A stretch of DNA of 33,684 nt from an uncultured Flavobacterium sp. (GTDB taxonomy: Bacteria > Bacteroidota > Bacteroidia > Flavobacteriales > Flavobacteriaceae), in contig CAZIMW010000002.1 in assembly GCA_964540425.1 (NCBI GenBank), positions 1 to 33,684 of the forward strand. Direction: 5' to 3'. The position numbers and the translations under genes were made by a program. Position 1 is the stretch's first letter; every line of letters starts with the position of its first letter. Below are positions 10,007-18,836 of this stretch, in pieces. The notes beneath the pieces are model-generated. The model worked only from the letters and a program-made list of their open reading frames with translations. It did no database searches and was not told the DNA's origin.

Positions 10007-10266
10007 TTATTTGCTATTAAACTCATATTCCCGTTCTACTTTACAAATCCTAATTTTATACCATTTGCACCATAGTTCTTTCCCTAGTTTTTGAGCAGCT
10101 AGAGGATCTAGATTTGCGTGCCAGTTTTTTCACAAGCAGATTCAATTCCTAAAAATCCCGTTTGTTGTTTTGCGAGAGTTTCCATTTTGGATGCCATTTC
10201 GTTATACCCTTTGGTATTTTCAGAAAGTAGTGATGTGAAAATTACTGCGTAATATGAGTTTTTCAT
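10007..10266 (-). pseudogene. Antibiotic biosynthesis monooxygenase (ABM)-family pseudogene
   Basis: Segments in shifted frames: MKT, then YYAVIFTSLLSENTKGYNEMASKMETLAKQQTGFLGIESA, then KNWHANLDPLAAQKLGKELWCKWYKIRICKVEREYEFNSK*. The usual GITVSYW block is missing. Confidence 0.85.
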
Positions 10267-10278
10267 TTGGTTATTAAT

Positions 10279-10404
10279 ACATCTCCCTAACCCCCTTCTA
10301 TGGAGGAATGAGATTAAGTTATCATTTTCAATACTTAGATAAAGGTATAATTAATTGTTAAAATTTAAAAGTCTCCCTTATGAAGGGAGATTTAGAGGGA
10401 TGTC
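10279..10404. repeat. Inverted pair of CCCTT..AAGGG REP-like elements
   Basis: ACATCTCCCTAACCCCCTTCTATGGAGGAAT (10279-10309) faces AAGTCTCCCTTATGAAGGGAGATTTAGAGGGATGTC (10369-10404), which has internal hairpin TCTCCCTT-ATG-AAGGGAGA. Directly after the asparaginase stop. Confidence 0.8.
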
Positions 10405-11451
10405 TCATTTATAAATCTTAATCACCAACTCCCCTTCAGCATTCATATGTGCACGATACATTCCTGCTGTGTTGAATTCCATTGCTATATTTCCGTCTTT
10501 ATCAATGGCAACAATTCCTCCATCACCACCCAAAGCAGGAACTTTATTTTGTATGACTTCTTTTGCTGCTTCTTGTAATGTAATCCCTTTATATTCCATC
10601 ATTGCCGAAATATCGTGAGCTACCATTGCTCTAATAAAATATTCTCCCCAACCCGTTGATGAAACTGCGCAAGTTGCATTGTTCGCATAAGTACCTGCTC
10701 CAATAATGGGGGAGTCTCCTATTCGATTCCAGCGCTTGTTAGTCATTCCTCCCGTTGAGGTGCCTGCTGCTAGGTTTCCGTTTTTATCGAGAGCGACACA
10801 ACCTACGGTGCTAAATTTTGAATTTTTTATATAAGGATCTTCAAACGAAACACTTTTGTTTTGCTTCTCTTTTTCACGTTCTTTTACTTTTTGAAGAGAC
10901 TGAAAACGTTTTTCAGTATAAAAGTAAGAGGGATCCATCATTTCAAAGCCTTGTTCTCTTGCAAATTCTTCGGCTCCATCACCAGCTAATAAAACATGAG
11001 GAGAGTCATTCATAACAGATAATGCAAGATTAATTGGGTTTTTTATTCGTTTAACTCCTGCAACTGCACCAGCATTAAGTGTAGCGCCATCCATAATAGA
11101 AGCATCTAATTCGTTCGTTTCATCGTGAGTAAAAACAGCCCCTTTCCCAGAATTAAATAAAGGGGAATCTTCCATGATATTGATGGTAGCTGTAACAGCC
11201 TCTAGAGAGCTTCCTCCGTTTTTTAAAATGGTATGTCCGGTCGTAATCGCTTCCTTTAATTTTTCTTTATAAGCAGTTTCAAGCGAATCACTCATGTTTT
11301 TTTTTAGAATGGTACCTGCTCCTCCATGAATTACAATACCGAAATTTGTTGTTGTTTCAATAGAATTTTGAGCTTCCGAAATGGTATTTGTGTCATTTTT
11401 ACAGCTAAAAAGCACAAAAAATCCGATTAAAAGTATTAAAATTTGCTTCAT
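10405..11451 (-). CDS. iaaA: Isoaspartyl peptidase/L-asparaginase (Ntn hydrolase, type 2), lipoprotein
   Basis: Motifs IVIHGGAG, ELDASIMDG, TVGCVALD, AGTSTGG, RIGDSPIIGAG and STGWGE. Start placed at MKQILILL...FSC (11451) because it gives a lipobox; the ORF track starts at 11499. Confidence 0.92.
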   Translation of the reverse strand: MKQILILLIGFFVLFSCKNDTNTISEAQNSIETTTNFGIVIHGGAGTILKKNMSDSLETAYKEKLKEAITTGHTILKNGGSSLEAVTATINIMEDSPLFNSGKGAVFTHDETNELDASIMDGATLNAGAVAGVKRIKNPINLALSVMNDSPHVLLAGDGAEEFAREQGFEMMDPSYFYTEKRFQSLQKVKEREKEKQNKSVSFEDPYIKNSKFSTVGCVALDKNGNLAAGTSTGGMTNKRWNRIGDSPIIGAGTYANNATCAVSSTGWGEYFIRAMVAHDISAMMEYKGITLQEAAKEVIQNKVPALGGDGGIVAIDKDGNIAMEFNTAGMYRAHMNAEGELVIKIYK

Positions 11452-11625
11452 GTCTAAAATATTTTTTAAAAAGCTAAGATAAACTAAAATCCCTTTCATT
11501 ATAAAGCATCAGAAAGATTTATTTGTAAGAAAAACATTCATTTTATGTTCATTTTTATCGACTAACGATACTCTTAAAGCGATTAAGTGTTGGTTTTTTG
11601 AGTTATTTTTCTTACATTTAATCCA

Positions 11626-11654
11626 ACATCAAGCCCCAAATTTGATGTCCCCGC
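11626..11654 (+). promoter_or_regulatory. 5' leader hairpin with C-rich loop
   Basis: ACATCAA-GCCCCAAAT-TTGATGT followed by CCCCGC, just before ATG 11658. Confidence 0.45.
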
Positions 11655-11657
11655 AAA

Positions 11658-12163
11658 ATGAAAACTTATAAACTTAGCCTACTTTCTATGACATTTATAT
11701 GTTTCTATTTACATCTTGTTCAAAAGATGAAATCGAAACCACAGAAGAAGCAAATTATTCAATCGATTTAAATTTAGCTCAAGAAACAGATTGGGAAATC
11801 GCCGATCAAACCCTAGTTCTTGTTAATGAACATAGAGTGTCTGTTGGACTTTCAGTAATTCAGAAAGATCAACAATACGCATCTGCATATGCTGTAGATC
11901 ATACCAAATACATGATTGATGTAAATGGGATTAATCACGATAATTTTAATATTCGTTCTGAAGCTTTAAAAGACAGAGGTGCTATTCGAGTTGGAGAAAA
12001 TGTTGCCAATGGATATACATCTGCGGAAGCTGTTGTAAATGCTTGGTTAAACAGCCCTTCACACAAAGCAATTATCGAAGGAAATTACACGCATTCTGGT
12101 TTTGGTGTGATTCCAAATGATAACGGAACTTACTTTTTTACACAACTTTTCTATAGTAAATAA
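11658..12163 (+). CDS. CAP/SCP (YkwD-like) domain lipoprotein with an apparent 1-nt frameshift in the signal peptide
   Basis: Motifs LVNEHRVSVGL, GENVANGY and AWLNSPSHKAII. ATG 11658 gives MKTYKLSLLSMTFIC, out of frame with FLFTSC; the ORF track starts at 11699. Confidence 0.85.
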
Positions 12164-12219
12164 TATTACTTTTTTAATAAGCTTAATAGCCGTATTTTTA
12201 TCCAAACTAAGATAAAAAT

Positions 12220-12753
12220 ATGGCTATTGCAAAACCTTTTAATTTAAACAAGTGGATTGAAGAAAATCGTGACTTGTTAAAACCTCCTGTTGCTAATAAA
12301 AATTTATATGTTCAGTCGGAAGACTATATCGTTATGATTGTTGCTGGTCCAAATGCTCGCAAGGATTATCACTATAATGAAACCGAAGAATTATTCTACC
12401 AATTAGAAGGAAACATTCAAGTTAATATTCAAGAAAACGGTAAGAAACGAGAAATGAAACTCGGTCCTGGCGATATGTTTTTATTACCTGCCAATACACC
12501 ACATTCTCCTGGAAGAAGTGAAGGTTCTATTGGTTTGGTGGTTGAAAGAGTCCGAAAAGGAAAAAACCTAAAAGACGGGCTCATGTGGTTTTGTGATAAT
12601 TGTAATCATAAATTATACGAAGTATATTTTGAGCTTCAAGATGTAGAAAAAGACTTTCAACCTCACTTTAAAACTTTTTACACTTCCGAAGAACATCGAA
12701 CTTGTGATAACTGCGGAACGGTGATGGAAACGGATTCGAGGTTTATTGGGTAA
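12220..12753 (+). CDS. nbaC: 3-hydroxyanthranilate 3,4-dioxygenase
   Basis: Motifs LLKPPVANK, GPNARKDYH, EELFYQLEG and PHSP, plus rubredoxin-like CDNC...CDNCG. Confidence 0.95.
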   Translation: MAIAKPFNLNKWIEENRDLLKPPVANKNLYVQSEDYIVMIVAGPNARKDYHYNETEELFYQLEGNIQVNIQENGKKREMKLGPGDMFLLPANTPHSPGRSEGSIGLVVERVRKGKNLKDGLMWFCDNCNHKLYEVYFELQDVEKDFQPHFKTFYTSEEHRTCDNCGTVMETDSRFIG

Positions 12754-12760
12754 TTAAAAA

Positions 12761-12981
12761 GACACGAATTAAACTAATTTTCTCTAATGATTGCTGGAGA
12801 AATTTTATGCATAATTTCACTAATCTTTTTTTTAAAACCATTAAGAAATTAAGCTTAAGCTGTTGTTTATTCCCCAAACCTATAGGAAAATAAAAACAGT
12901 TAATTCTTTAGAACAGAAAACTGATATTTTGTTTCTATTAACTTCTCAATCTACCTTTAGTTTTTCGTGGAAATTAGTGTC
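12761..12981. repeat. Composite intergenic repeat: GACAC(G/T)AATT inverted ends enclosing a copy of the GxxExxY repeat
   Basis: GACACGAATT at 12761 and AATTAGTGTC ending at 12981. ACCATTAAGAAATTAAG at 12837-12853 is identical to the reverse complement of 1955-1971. Confidence 0.7.
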
Positions 12982-13070
12982 CGCCTTTTTCATTTATTTA
13001 ATCTCTTTAAATTCTTATAAGGAATCCGTACCTTTGCACTCTATATAAAAAGAACAAAAATCATATAATT

Positions 13071-14624
13071 ATGTCAACTGTAACAACAACATTTGGAATT
13101 GAAAATGCACTAAAAAAATTAGGAGTTAAAGAAATTAATAAAGGAACTTCAACAGGTTCTAACTTCTTTTCTGAAGGAGAAATGATTTCTTCTTATTCTC
13201 CTGTAGATGGAAAATTAATCGGAAAAGTAACGACAACTACTCGTGAAGATTACGAAAAAGTAATCACAACAGCACAAACTGCTTTTATAGAATGGAGAGC
13301 GGTTCCAGCACCTCAGCGTGGTGAAATGGTACGTCAGTTTGGAAATAAATTAAGAGAATTAAAAGAACCTTTGGGTCAGTTGGTTTCTTACGAAATGGGA
13401 AAATCACTGCAAGAAGGGTATGGAGAAGTTCAAGAAATGATTGACATCTGTGACTTTGCTGTAGGATTGTCTAGACAGTTAAACGGACAAACAATCCCTT
13501 CAGAAAGACCACAACACGTAATGCGTGAACAATGGCATTCTTTAGGGGTGGTAGGGATTATTTCAGCATTTAATTTCCCGGTGGCTGTTTGGGCTTGGAA
13601 TACCGCTTTAGCTTGGGTTTGTGGAGATGTTTGTATTTGGAAAGCTTCAGAAAAAGCTCCACTTTGCTCTATTGCTTGTCAGAATATCATAGCCGATGTT
13701 TTAAAAGAAAACAACTATCCTGAAGGAATTTCTTCTATCATCAATGGAGATTATAAAGTGGGCGAAATGATGACAACAGATAAGAGAGTTCCTCTAATAT
13801 CTGCTACGGGTTCTACTCGTATGGGAAGAATTGTAGGAACTACTGTTGCAGAACGTTTCGGGAAATCCTTATTAGAATTAGGAGGAAACAATGCGATTAT
13901 TATTACACCAACTGCCGATTTAAAAGTGGTGGTTCCAGGAGCTGTATTTGGCGCTGTTGGTACTGCGGGTCAACGTTGTACTTCTACTAGAAGATTGATT
14001 ATTCACGAATCTGTTTATAATAAAGTACGTGATGCTATCGTGGGCGCTTATGGTCAAATTGTAATTGGGAATCCGTTAGATGAAACCAAACATATGGGAC
14101 CATTAATCGATAAAGATGCAGTAAACACGTATTTGGCTGCTATTGAAAAAGCAAAAGCTGAAGGCGGTAATGTATTAGTTGAAGGTGGCGTTTTAGAAGG
14201 TGAAGGTTTTGAAAGCGGATGCTATGTAAAACCAGCAATTATTGAAGCTGAAAACCATTACGAAATTGTACAACACGAAACATTTGCTCCGATTTTATAT
14301 TTAATGAAATACTCAGGAGATGTAGAAAATGCAATCGATATTCAAAATGGAGTAGTACAAGGATTATCTTCTGCGATTATGACGAATGACTTGAAGGAAG
14401 CTGAAAAATTCTTATGTTTTGCAGGTTCCGATTGTGGAATTGCCAATGTAAATATTGGAACTTCGGGTGCTGAAATTGGAGGTGCTTTTGGAGGCGAAAA
14501 AGAAACCGGTGGCGGACGTGAATCTGGATCTGATGCTTGGAAAATCTATATGAGAAGACAAACCAATACAATTAATTACTCAGACGAATTACCTTTAGCA
14601 CAAGGGATTAAATTTGATTTGTAA
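13071..14624 (+). CDS. amaB: Aldehyde dehydrogenase family 7 (piperideine-6-carboxylate/aminoadipate-semialdehyde dehydrogenase)
   Basis: Motifs ISAFNFPVAV, TGSTRMG, LELGGNNA, GTAGQRCT, ETFAPILY and GGEKETGGGRESGSDAWK; C-terminus LPLAQGIKF. Confidence 0.92.
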   Translation: MSTVTTTFGIENALKKLGVKEINKGTSTGSNFFSEGEMISSYSPVDGKLIGKVTTTTREDYEKVITTAQTAFIEWRAVPAPQRGEMVRQFGNKLRELKEPLGQLVSYEMGKSLQEGYGEVQEMIDICDFAVGLSRQLNGQTIPSERPQHVMREQWHSLGVVGIISAFNFPVAVWAWNTALAWVCGDVCIWKASEKAPLCSIACQNIIADVLKENNYPEGISSIINGDYKVGEMMTTDKRVPLISATGSTRMGRIVGTTVAERFGKSLLELGGNNAIIITPTADLKVVVPGAVFGAVGTAGQRCTSTRRLIIHESVYNKVRDAIVGAYGQIVIGNPLDETKHMGPLIDKDAVNTYLAAIEKAKAEGGNVLVEGGVLEGEGFESGCYVKPAIIEAENHYEIVQHETFAPILYLMKYSGDVENAIDIQNGVVQGLSSAIMTNDLKEAEKFLCFAGSDCGIANVNIGTSGAEIGGAFGGEKETGGGRESGSDAWKIYMRRQTNTINYSDELPLAQGIKFDL

Positions 14625-14644
14625 AATAAATTCTTTTGATATTT

Positions 14645-14679
14645 AAAACCTGTTAGAAAAAAATTCTAGCAGGTTTTTT
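14645..14679. terminator. Rho-independent, probably bidirectional terminator
   Basis: AAAACCTGTTAGAA-AAAAA-TTCTAGCAGGTTTTTT between convergent genes. Confidence 0.8.
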
Positions 14680-14735
14680 ATGTAATAATATGGTGTAAAA
14701 ACACTATAACATTATATTAAGATTGGTTAAAATTT

Positions 14736-15350
14736 TTATACTGTTATTACCTCTAATTGAGCAAATCTGTTCATTACGATTTGAGAGGAATAGTTTATTT
14801 TATTTTTTTCTGAATACTCTTTAAGGTAATTTTCTTTATTCCATAATTTGGCGCGGCTTCTTGTAGCATAAAACCAGATAAATACACCAATATTCTTTAA
14901 GGAAAAGAAGTTTTTTGTTAAGCTGAAAAAATTTCCCTTCCCAGTAGGAGTCAAAACAATTATTTTTCCATTTTCTTTTAATAGCCGAATTGAATCTTGT
15001 AGCATTAAATCTTTATTTTCGGCATTTAAATGAAATAAAACACTACAAATAGTTACATAATTGAAACTATGATCTTCAAAAGGAAGTTTTTTATTTACTT
15101 CAATTTCAATTATTTTGACATTGGAACCGTTTAGTTTTTTATTCGCTTCTTTAATCATTTCAGCGTTTTTATCAACTCCAATACAATCAATCCCTTTTTC
15201 GTCTGATAAAATCTGAATCATTTTACCAGAACCGGTCCCTATATCTAATAGTTTTCCTTTTTCATCTACTTCGTTAATCACAGGTTGTAAGAAAGAACGA
15301 TACCAAGGAGCTTCTTGAAGGTTGGAAAAGAATTTTGAAAAATTCATCAT
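14736..15350 (-). CDS. Class I SAM-dependent methyltransferase
   Basis: LLDIGTGSG motif I, GVD motif II, LPFEDHSF and RLLKENGKII. Confidence 0.88.
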   Translation of the reverse strand: MMNFSKFFSNLQEAPWYRSFLQPVINEVDEKGKLLDIGTGSGKMIQILSDEKGIDCIGVDKNAEMIKEANKKLNGSNVKIIEIEVNKKLPFEDHSFNYVTICSVLFHLNAENKDLMLQDSIRLLKENGKIIVLTPTGKGNFFSLTKNFFSLKNIGVFIWFYATRSRAKLWNKENYLKEYSEKNKINYSSQIVMNRFAQLEVITV

Positions 15351-15394
15351 ATTGATTTACGAGATATGATGTATATTTAGTTGTATTAAAAAAT

Positions 15395-15823
15395 TTAGTT
15401 GCTCATTTCTTGTAAAATTTCAGCAATGGTCTTTTTTGATAATTCATTTTTTAATTGATTTTCAGCACCTGTTAAAATATTTTTAATTGATTTTTGAGCA
15501 TTGTCAGGTCTTTTCCCTTCAGATAAAATATTAAATGTAGTCTGAAATAAAGGCTTTCCTCTTTCCATAGCATTCAATATTTCTAAAACGGTAATTTTTG
15601 AAGGGTCTTTCATTAAACGAATCCCGCCATTCTTACCTTCTTTGGTTTCAATAATATTAGCCAAATTTAAATTTTGTAATATTTTTACTAAAGTAGGTTT
15701 CGGAATGCTTAAATATTTTGAAATATCTGCAGTAGATAAAAATTCAAATTGTTTTTGACGAATCTTATCTGCGATAAAGATGACTACTAATATTGATTTT
15801 GTAAAGGATAATGAATAACTCAT
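15395..15823 (-). CDS. Rrf2-family transcriptional regulator (no cysteines)
   Basis: wHTH with IPKPTLVKILQNL, EGKNGGIRL and PSKITVLEILNAME. Confidence 0.88.
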   Translation of the reverse strand: MSYSLSFTKSILVVIFIADKIRQKQFEFLSTADISKYLSIPKPTLVKILQNLNLANIIETKEGKNGGIRLMKDPSKITVLEILNAMERGKPLFQTTFNILSEGKRPDNAQKSIKNILTGAENQLKNELSKKTIAEILQEMSN

Positions 15824-15903
15824 ACTTGATATACGACATATTTAGAATGCAAATATAAAAATTAATTTTAATTGTGCAAATATTTATACTATTTGAGTCA
15901 AAT

Positions 15904-16320
15904 TTAATTTCTACTTGAAAGCTTCAAAGCAATTTTACCACCAAGCCAAGCCATAGGGATATAAGCAATAAGTATATCTATAACGGCAAACCAAGTTGGT
16001 CCAGGTAGCATATAATTTACTGCAATTCCTCCAATTAAAAATAAAACTCCAATACTTAATGAAAATTTCATTTTATTACTAGCAGCAATCAATCCAGCAA
16101 TGATAGCACCTACAAAAGTCCCTAAAGCGTGAGCTAAAAATGGAAAGATAAAATATTCAGCTTCTAAAGTTGGCATTATTACTGCGAGGGCTTCCATATC
16201 GTTTGAGTCAATTCCTTCAATAGGAAGTACAGAATAACCTGTCATGATAAGTCCCATATTTACAGCACTACCACCAATCCATCCGACAATAACTGCTAAA
16301 GTATTTCTGATTATTTTCAT
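15904..16320 (-). CDS. Hypothetical 4-TM membrane protein
   Basis: Hydrophobic helices including FIFPFLAHALGT and PTWFAVID. Confidence 0.75.
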   Translation of the reverse strand: MKIIRNTLAVIVGWIGGSAVNMGLIMTGYSVLPIEGIDSNDMEALAVIMPTLEAEYFIFPFLAHALGTFVGAIIAGLIAASNKMKFSLSIGVLFLIGGIAVNYMLPGPTWFAVIDILIAYIPMAWLGGKIALKLSSRN

Positions 16321-16391
16321 GGTTTCTTACTCTTAAAGTTCTCAACTAAGATAGTATATTTAAAAAATCCAAAAGAATATGAGCGTGTTTT

Positions 16392-17507
16392 CTATATTCC
16401 TCCTTTGCTCAAAAATAGATAAATCAAAAATAATACAAACAAAATACCCAATATAAAGAAGAATATCTTCCAAGCAGAATAAGGTCGTTGACCCGATAAT
16501 TTTCCAGATTGCCCATTGACAAAAAAGTTATAGCGTTTGCTTTTAAAAGTGTAAGCACTTATATAAACAGGAAGTAAAATGTGTTTAAAGGTTTCTTCAG
16601 AAAGTTTCATATCTAAGGAAGATACTCTTTGTGTATCTCCTCCAATATCACGTTTGACCCAACGTTCTGCAATAATTCGAGCTTCTTTTTGAGCTTCTAA
16701 ATGACCGTTTTTTAAAGGAATAGTATATTTTTCAGTAACAAAACCAGCAAGGAAACTGCTATCAAAAGGTTGTAGCAATTTTAAATTCCAACGAGCAATT
16801 TTATGCGGAATTACACCCATTTTTTGTTTGGAAGCTTTTGATAAGGTATCATCAACAAATCCATTTATAGTCCCATTTGCAGGATACCATCGGGTTCGTC
16901 TTTCGGATACGGTTTTTTTATTATTACCACTCCCAACCGTTTTAGTTACATAATAATATTCACCTCGTTGCCCTGTATAAATTGCGGATAGTTGTGCATC
17001 AAAAGTCCAATAGGGAGAATACAATCCTTTGGTGTTTTGAGGATCTAAAGTGGCTTTTTTTAATTTATTGGGAGCAAACCAAAGTCCTTTTACCCATTTC
17101 TGAAAAATATGATGTGCTTTTTTCTGGTCAATCTGAAATGGCAATACCGCTCCCGGAACAATCCATTCTTCTTTATAAGCATCTTCTACAATAAGAGGCA
17201 TACTACAATAAATACAATGTAGGGATTTATAATGCTCTTCAATATGCTGATTGGCACCACAATTTTTACAATGAAGCATGGTGATTTCCTCACTGTGTGA
17301 TTGACCTCCCATTTCGCCTAAATATTTTTTAAGGGCTAATTCTTCAATACTAGCTTCAGAAGTGCTAATCGTTTCTGTATGTCCGCAATATTTACATTTA
17401 AGTTCTGTCGTCCCTGGAGCGTACAAAAGCTCAGCACCACAATTGATGCAGGATTTTTTGAATTCGGATTTTTTTGAATTCGGTATTTTAGGAGGTTTTT
17501 CTTCCAT
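16392..17507 (-). CDS. Double Zn-ribbon membrane-anchored protein (YdjG-like; often mislabelled PriA/primosomal N')
   Basis: CINCGA/CKYCG and CKNCGA/CIYCS CxxC pairs, VLPF, LLPVY, VNGQSGK...RPYS and a C-terminal TM. Confidence 0.8.
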   Translation of the reverse strand: MEEKPPKIPNSKKSEFKKSCINCGAELLYAPGTTELKCKYCGHTETISTSEASIEELALKKYLGEMGGQSHSEEITMLHCKNCGANQHIEEHYKSLHCIYCSMPLIVEDAYKEEWIVPGAVLPFQIDQKKAHHIFQKWVKGLWFAPNKLKKATLDPQNTKGLYSPYWTFDAQLSAIYTGQRGEYYYVTKTVGSGNNKKTVSERRTRWYPANGTINGFVDDTLSKASKQKMGVIPHKIARWNLKLLQPFDSSFLAGFVTEKYTIPLKNGHLEAQKEARIIAERWVKRDIGGDTQRVSSLDMKLSEETFKHILLPVYISAYTFKSKRYNFFVNGQSGKLSGQRPYSAWKIFFFILGILFVLFLIYLFLSKGGI

Positions 17508-17515
17508 ATTAATTT

Positions 17516-17548
17516 AGACCTAACAGGTTTTTAAAACCTGTTAGGTCT
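17516..17548. repeat. Perfect 33-bp palindrome (REP-like)
   Basis: AGACCTAACAGGTTTT-T-AAAACCTGTTAGGTCT between two co-oriented genes. Confidence 0.9.
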
Positions 17549-17560
17549 GGAAAATAAATA

Positions 17561-18700
17561 TTATTGAGGAGGAAGCGGTGGTGGTGTATTTCCGCCTAAA
17601 AATGCCTTTAATTCTTCTACTTCTTTTAAAACAGTCCAATTTGGCATTCCTTGTTTCCAAACTAGAGAGTCTTTATTAACGGTACGTCCTGCGAATAACC
17701 CCTTCAATTGCTCAAAATTTACAGGTCCCATTTGTTTTCCTTCTTGCGAATAGAAATATTGAATGCTCGGAGGCATTGGTGGTGGCATCATTCCTCCTTG
17801 TTGTTGCATAGGGTTTTGTTGTTGCCCACCCATTTGAGGAGACATTAAACCGCCCATTTGTTGTGCGAGTACAAAGCCCATTCCCATTCCCATTCCTGCT
17901 CCTGCGGTTCCGCCATCGTTTAATGCAGCTGCTTCTATTGCTTTGGCAGTTTTGAATTTGGTTAATTTATCCAAGTCTAATTTATCAATACGACTGTACT
18001 CGAAAATTTCTTTTTTAAGTTCTTCTGGCATCGAAACATTTTCGATATAGAATTTCTCTAAGGAAATACCTACACTTAAAAACTCGGGTTCCATCACTTC
18101 CTTACAAGTTTGAGAAAGCTCCGTAGTATTGGCTGCGTATAATTCTATTGGAAGATTTGCTTCTCCAACAGTATCGGTGAAACGAGTTGCAATTAAACTT
18201 TTTAGGTGTTCGTTAATTTCAAAATTAGTGAAATTATTATCGGTTCCAACGATGTCGATGATAAACTTCCCTGCGTCTTCAATTCTGAAAGCATAGGTTC
18301 CGAAAGCACGAATTTCAATCAATCCAAAACGATCATCGCTTAAAGTTATCGGGTTTTTAGTTCCCCATTTTTCATCGGTAAATAGGGTGGAATTTATAAA
18401 ATATACTTCTGCTTTAAAGGGACTATCAAAACCGTATTTCCAACCTTTTAAAGTGGTTAGAATCGGCATATTTTGAGTGTTTAACGTATAAGTGCCTGGT
18501 TCAAAAACATCTGCTAGTTGCCCTTCATTAATAAACACGGCTATTTGTCCTTCGCGAACAATAAGTTTTGCATTGTTTTTTATTTCGTTTTGGTAACGCT
18601 CAAAACGATGACATATAGTATCGTCTGTATAATCTAGCCACTCTACAATGTCTATAAATTCGTGAATTAGCTTTTCTTTTATTTTATCGAAAATTCCCAT
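17561..18700 (-). CDS. SPFH/band-7 domain protein (YdjI-like) with C-terminal GYF_2 domain
   Basis: LIVREGQIAVF, PGTYTLNTQNMP, SPFKAEVYF, GAGMGMGMG linker and QMGPV...LVWKQGMPNW. Confidence 0.88.
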   Translation of the reverse strand: MGIFDKIKEKLIHEFIDIVEWLDYTDDTICHRFERYQNEIKNNAKLIVREGQIAVFINEGQLADVFEPGTYTLNTQNMPILTTLKGWKYGFDSPFKAEVYFINSTLFTDEKWGTKNPITLSDDRFGLIEIRAFGTYAFRIEDAGKFIIDIVGTDNNFTNFEINEHLKSLIATRFTDTVGEANLPIELYAANTTELSQTCKEVMEPEFLSVGISLEKFYIENVSMPEELKKEIFEYSRIDKLDLDKLTKFKTAKAIEAAALNDGGTAGAGMGMGMGFVLAQQMGGLMSPQMGGQQQNPMQQQGGMMPPPMPPSIQYFYSQEGKQMGPVNFEQLKGLFAGRTVNKDSLVWKQGMPNWTVLKEVEELKAFLGGNTPPPLPPQ

Positions 18701-18799
18701 GTGTTTGGTTTTTAAATTTGAGGTATAAAGGTAAGAAATTAGAGTAGATTATAAATCACCCGAATTAACAATATTTTTTTTGTCAAGACTTGAAATTTA

Positions 18800-18820
18800 T
18801 ACCAATAATTGGTATATTTG
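18800..18820 (+). promoter_or_regulatory. TA promoter with overlapping operator palindrome
   Basis: TACCAA-TAA-TTGGTA (18800-18814) overlaps the Bacteroidota -7 box TATATTTG (18813-18820). Confidence 0.7.
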
Positions 18821-18836
18821 AAAAAATCTATTAAAA

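Noticed and set aside
12863-13048. 61-aa ORF between nbaC and the ALDH gene
   Set aside because: TTG start, runs through repeat DNA and the probable ALDH promoter (TACCTTTG near 13029), with no family features.
17451-17485. Short duplication CCGAATTCAAAAAA (minus strand) at the start of the Zn-ribbon gene
   Set aside because: Only two short A-rich copies; cannot be distinguished from local slippage.
16392-17507. PriA helicase call
   Set aside because: No Walker A or DExH motifs; only Zn ribbons and a TM anchor.
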